Assembly: GCF_000757865.1 (NCBI RefSeq)
Contig: NZ_CP007754.1
Location: 1,260,001 to 1,292,000, forward strand
Length of the DNA stretch: 32,000 nt
DNA from: Prochlorococcus sp. MIT 0801
GTDB lineage: Bacteria; Cyanobacteriota; Cyanobacteriia; PCC-6307; Cyanobiaceae
Reading direction: 5' to 3'
This document shows positions 28,476 through 32,000 of this stretch, one piece after another (positions within the stretch are counted from its first letter, which is position 1; every line of letters starts with the position of its first letter). The translations under genes and the position numbers were made by a program. The notes under the pieces were generated by a model. The model was not told the origin of the DNA, did not search any database, and worked only from the letters and a program-made list of their open reading frames with translations.

Positions 28476-29213
28476 TTGGCTATAAATAAAAACCTAAAAG
28501 TAATACTTGTAGAAACAGCAGGGCCAATAAATGTTGGCAGTGTTGCAAGACTATGTGAAAACTTTAGTGTTCATGAATTAAGACTAGTTTCACCTAAATG
28601 CGATTATTTAGCTCAAGAAGCAAAAAAGATGGCTGTAAGAGGATTAAAGATATTAGAGAATGCAAAAGTGTATGAAGATCTAAATACAGCACTTTCAGAC
28701 TGCTCAAGAATTATTGCCACTTGCGGTAGAAAAGAACATGGAGAAATCCCACTTAATTCAAATAAAGATGCATTGAGTTGGGCTCTTAGATCAGAAAGAG
28801 AAGAGACAATAGCTTTAGTTTTTGGAAGAGAAGACAGGGGCTTATCTAACGAAGAGCTTCTAAAAGCAAATAAAGTAGTTAGTCTTAATACAAGTGAGCA
28901 TTATCCATCATTAAATCTTTCACATGCAGTAGCAATTGTTCTTCATCAATTCAATCAATTAAATGATCTTGATTTATTAAAAAACAATAGCAAAACAAGA
29001 ACTCCTGCGAATTTAATTAAATTAGAAGATTGTATTAATGACGCAGGTACTCTTTTGCTTGATATTGGTTTCTTGATGAAACATACCTACAAAGCTAAAA
29101 TGACGAAAATCAAACAATTACTCTTAAGAGGTGAGATAAAAGATGATGAAGTTGCACTAATTAGAGGGATAATTAGCCAAGTAAGATGGAAGATTAAAAA
29201 TAAAAATGATTAA
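28476..29213 (+). CDS. SpoU/TrmH-family RNA 2'-O-methyltransferase (TrmJ-like)
   Basis: LKVILVETAGPINVGSVARL N-terminus, LVFGREDRGLSNEEL, SLNLSHAVAIVL (SPOUT knot motifs). The TTG start lies 2 nt after the cytM stop. Confidence 0.75.
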   Translation: MAINKNLKVILVETAGPINVGSVARLCENFSVHELRLVSPKCDYLAQEAKKMAVRGLKILENAKVYEDLNTALSDCSRIIATCGRKEHGEIPLNSNKDALSWALRSEREETIALVFGREDRGLSNEELLKANKVVSLNTSEHYPSLNLSHAVAIVLHQFNQLNDLDLLKNNSKTRTPANLIKLEDCINDAGTLLLDIGFLMKHTYKAKMTKIKQLLLRGEIKDDEVALIRGIISQVRWKIKNKND

Positions 29214-29266
29214 TCAAAATAACAAGCTACAATAAATAGCAAAGATTTATATTCTTTCATTTTAAA

Positions 29267-30340
29267 GTGAAAAGGCAGCTCAAAGTAATAACGAATATAT
29301 TTTTAACAAGCATAGGCTTATCAATTTTACTTGGTAGTTTTCTAAGAATATTAGGTCCCATTAATCAAAGCCATAAAATAAACAAAGGAATCAATATAAC
29401 TGGGAAATCTAAAAGGTCAGTTAAAAAAGAATTACTAACTAGAAAATCCAATCTATTATCATTTTACAATGATAAATTAGAAAATTTTGAAAGACTAGAA
29501 ATATTAATTAATAAATGGGAAACCCATATAGTCAAAAACCCAGGTTTAGAAGTTAGTGCTTTTTTTATATCATTAGATGATCAAGTCTATGCAGAAATAA
29601 AATCTGACATAAGGCGTTCTGCGGCAAGCAGTATTAAGGTCCCTATTCTAATTGTTTTACTTAGAATGCTAGAGAGTGAAGAAATAATTTGGAATGAAAA
29701 GTTGATACTTTCAGAAGATTTAATCGGTGGTGGATCAGGCTGGATGGCATATGAAGAAATTGGTAAGAATTTCCCCGTTTATGAAGTAGCCTCAGAAATG
29801 ATTAGAGTTAGCGATAATACAGCAACTAATCTACTAATAAAACGATTGGGAGGTATCAAAATAGTGAATCAAAAATTGAAAGAAATTGGATTAAATAATA
29901 CACAAATAAATAACTATCTTCCTGATCTAGATGGCACGAATCTCACATCAACGAAGGATCTATCTTTGGCAATGGCTCTTGTTGATAATGGTTATCTACT
30001 TAATGTTAGTTCTAGAGATATTTTCAGAGAAATAATGCGCAAATCAAAAACAAATACATTAATACCCTCAGGAATCTTAAGAGGTCTTGGGAAAGAATCT
30101 AAAGACACAGACTATCATCTTTCATTAAAAGGTTATCTAGTTCACAACAAAACTGGTGATATTGGTATCTCATATTCAGATACTGCTCTAATTCAAACTC
30201 CTAATAATTCAAGAGCCTTCGCAAGTTTTATAGTTGAAGGTCCATTTAATGATCCGAGATCAACTGAGTTGATAAGAAATTTATCGGCAGAGTTAGTTCC
30301 TTTTCTAAGCCTAGATCAGAAATCAAGTAATCCAAATTAG
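29267..30340 (+). CDS. Membrane-anchored class A beta-lactamase-like serine hydrolase
   Basis: N-terminal TM segment, S-x-x-K (SSIK), SDN (RVSDNTATN) and KTG (HNKTGD) motifs. GTG start. Confidence 0.7.
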   Translation: MKRQLKVITNIFLTSIGLSILLGSFLRILGPINQSHKINKGINITGKSKRSVKKELLTRKSNLLSFYNDKLENFERLEILINKWETHIVKNPGLEVSAFFISLDDQVYAEIKSDIRRSAASSIKVPILIVLLRMLESEEIIWNEKLILSEDLIGGGSGWMAYEEIGKNFPVYEVASEMIRVSDNTATNLLIKRLGGIKIVNQKLKEIGLNNTQINNYLPDLDGTNLTSTKDLSLAMALVDNGYLLNVSSRDIFREIMRKSKTNTLIPSGILRGLGKESKDTDYHLSLKGYLVHNKTGDIGISYSDTALIQTPNNSRAFASFIVEGPFNDPRSTELIRNLSAELVPFLSLDQKSSNPN

Positions 30341-30453
30341 ATTTTTTACCGACTTAAAAAAAACTTTTGCAATTCATTATCATTTTTTTTTTTGAACTTT
30401 ATCAATCTAAAGAGGCCTGTTTATGAAACAATCTTCTTACCAGTAATAAGAAA

Positions 30454-31542
30454 GTGAGTTCAACTAGAAAACGCAGAGTTTTTCCATTCACTTCAGTGAT
30501 TGGACAAGAAGAAATGAAGCTAGCGCTTCTTTTAAATGTTATTGACCCGAGAATTGGCGGAGTAATGATAATGGGTGATAGAGGTACGGGAAAGTCCACA
30601 ACCATAAGAGCACTTGCAGATCTATTACCTGCGATTGAAGTCGTTGAAGGAGATCCCTACAACAGCTCTCTTGAGGATCCAGACCTTCAAAGCAATGATG
30701 TCAGGGAGCGAATAGACAGTGGTAGTGACATTCAAAAAGGTGAAAAACAAGTTCCGATGATTGATCTACCCTTAGGTGCCACTGAGGATAGACTTTGCGG
30801 AACTATTGATATTGAAAAGGCCCTTAGTGAGGGGGTTAGAGCTTTTGAACCAGGACTGCTAGCCAAAGCAAACAGAGGGTTGCTTTATGTTGATGAAGTC
30901 AACTTGCTAGATGATCACCTTGTTGACGTACTTTTAGACTCTGCCGCATCAGGGTGGAATACAGTTGAACGAGAAGGTATTTCGGTTCGACATCCTGCAA
31001 GGTTTGTACTTATTGGTTCAGGCAACCCTGAGGAAGGAGAATTAAGGCCTCAGTTACTTGATCGTTTTGGGATGAGTGTAGAAGTAAGAACAGTAAGGGA
31101 GGCAAAACTTCGAGTTCAAGTAGTTGATCAACGTACAGCCTTTGATAATGATCCTGAATCTTTTAGCGATTCGGTTCAGGAGAAACAAGCATCACTTCAA
31201 CAAAAAGTTGTTGATGCTCAAAATATACTTAACGAGGTTTTTATCGATGAAGATCTCAGACTAAGGATTTCAGCAGTTTGTGGTGAACTTGACGTTGATG
31301 GACTTAGAGGAGATATCGTAACAAATAGAGCAGCTAGAGCCCTTGCTGCCTTTGAAGGGAGAAAAGAAGTAACTGAAGAAGATATTGCTCGTGTCGTGTC
31401 GACAGCTTTAAGACATAGGCTTCGAAAAGATCCTCTTGAACAAGTTGATTCTGGAGATAGAGTAATAAAAGCTTTTTGCAAAGTATTTGAAAGGAATGAA
31501 AGTGATGATGTATCTGAATTCGAACTAGCCACCGCTAACTAA
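30454..31542 (+). CDS. chlI: Magnesium chelatase ATPase subunit I
   Basis: [40 protein letters not shown] (Walker A), [16 protein letters not shown] (Walker B), 362 aa. The GTG start is required to retain the conserved N-terminus. Confidence 0.95.
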   Translation: MSSTRKRRVFPFTSVIGQEEMKLALLLNVIDPRIGGVMIMGDRGTGKSTTIRALADLLPAIEVVEGDPYNSSLEDPDLQSNDVRERIDSGSDIQKGEKQVPMIDLPLGATEDRLCGTIDIEKALSEGVRAFEPGLLAKANRGLLYVDEVNLLDDHLVDVLLDSAASGWNTVEREGISVRHPARFVLIGSGNPEEGELRPQLLDRFGMSVEVRTVREAKLRVQVVDQRTAFDNDPESFSDSVQEKQASLQQKVVDAQNILNEVFIDEDLRLRISAVCGELDVDGLRGDIVTNRAARALAAFEGRKEVTEEDIARVVSTALRHRLRKDPLEQVDSGDRVIKAFCKVFERNESDDVSEFELATAN

Positions 31543-32000
31543 GTGAGAATAATAGGAATCGATCCAGGGCTAGCAAGGGTAGGTTACGGAATTATTGACG
31601 AAATAGAAGGAAAAAAAATAATGATTGATTGCGGAATTATAGAGACAAAATCAACACAAAAAGAAGAAGAAAGACTTGTAGAAATTTCAAATGATTTGAG
31701 CTCAATAATAAAAAAATGGAATCCCAATTCTGCAGCGGTAGAAAAGTTTTTTTTCTACCGCTCTAGCACAACAATTAGTGTTGTTCAGGCTCGCGGAGTG
31801 ATAATGATGACTTTAGGAAAGTACAAGCTTTCGATTCAAGAATTCCCCCCAATGCAAATCAAACTTGCTATCACTGGTTATGGTCATTCCGACAAGAATG
31901 AGGTGTTAAATTCTGTTATGAATGAACTCAGTATCACTTCACCACCAAAGCCAGATGATGCCGCAGATGCACTAGCAATAGCTCTTACCGGAATTTATCT
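31543..32000 (+). CDS. ruvC: Holliday junction resolvase RuvC; 3' end outside the window
   Basis: Not in the track (no stop within the window). Hand translation from GTG 31543 gives [20 protein letters not shown]...[11 protein letters not shown]...[12 protein letters not shown]...[11 protein letters not shown]. These are the RuvC catalytic Asp/Glu/Asp-Asp motifs. The in-frame stop directly upstream forces the GTG start. Confidence 0.9.
   Translation, partial: MRIIGIDPGLARVGYGIIDEIEGKKIMIDCGIIETKSTQKEEERLVEISNDLSSIIKKWNPNSAAVEKFFFYRSSTTISVVQARGVIMMTLGKYKLSIQEFPPMQIKLAITGYGHSDKNEVLNSVMNELSITSPPKPDDAADALAIALTGIY

Noticed and set aside
30383-30393. T11 homopolymer (with an A8 run at about 30348-30355) upstream of chlI, considered as a slippage-prone phase-variation tract or terminator tail.
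   Set aside because: No preceding GC-rich hairpin, and it lies in non-coding DNA of an AT-rich genome where such runs are common. There is no evidence of a phase-variable gene.
30423-30446. 7-codon uORF (MKQSSYQ*) 8 nt upstream of the chlI GTG start.
   Set aside because: Too short to evaluate, not in a recognisable attenuator structure, and likely chance.
26313-31532. Track ORFs 26313-26498(-), 26561-26758(-), 27262-27570(-), 30402-30605(-) and 31218-31532(-).
   Set aside because: Antisense to trxA, hisH, rsmD or chlI, with no motifs. The only real minus-strand gene in this stretch is petG, which the track missed.
1-32000. Looked across the whole window for mobile, accessory or defence content: transposase, integrase or recombinase genes, CRISPR repeats, toxin-antitoxin pairs, restriction-modification genes, phage genes, long direct or inverted repeats, and compositional islands.
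   Set aside because: None found. Every substantial ORF has a recognisable housekeeping or photosynthetic identity or looks like a small conserved-type hypothetical. Composition is uniform by eye. tRNA-Glu is not flanked by integrase-like sequence or repeats.

Overview
The window looks like an AT-rich (about 35% GC by eye) core chromosomal segment of a marine picocyanobacterium, most likely Prochlorococcus. Three things point that way: the gene content, an FNR (PetH) with no CpcD-like domain, and a Yfr1 sRNA in the guaB/trxA spacer. I support 29 protein-coding genes, two of them truncated by the window edges (pepN at the 5' end, ruvC at the 3' end). Nearly all are housekeeping or photosynthesis genes: sasA, petH, zwf-opcA, cobB, folD-crtE, leuA, a GH57 enzyme, crtL, gyrA, a guaB-like gene, trxA, hisH, rsmD, a cytM-like gene, chlI and others. 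There is also one tRNA-Glu(UUC). Two real features are missing from the supplied ORF track. One is the sRNA Yfr1 (26151-26211). The other is the 39-codon cytochrome b6f subunit gene petG (27909-28028, minus strand), which overlaps the 3' end of rsmD convergently. I found no transposase, integrase, CRISPR array, toxin-antitoxin pair, phage remnant or recognisable defence gene, and no convincing undescribed multi-gene system, so this reads as an ordinary core region. The items most worth a second look are the stop/start-overlapped chain folD-crtE-DUF212-SF1B helicase, a GyrA with a degenerate GyrA box and an acidic insert, the hydrophobic N-terminus of PetH, a stand-alone CpcS/CpeS-like gene, and a CBS-less IMPDH homologue preceded by a 42-codon ORF. 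All functional calls rest on motifs I recognised by eye and on gene order. No homology search, RNA folding or statistics were run.
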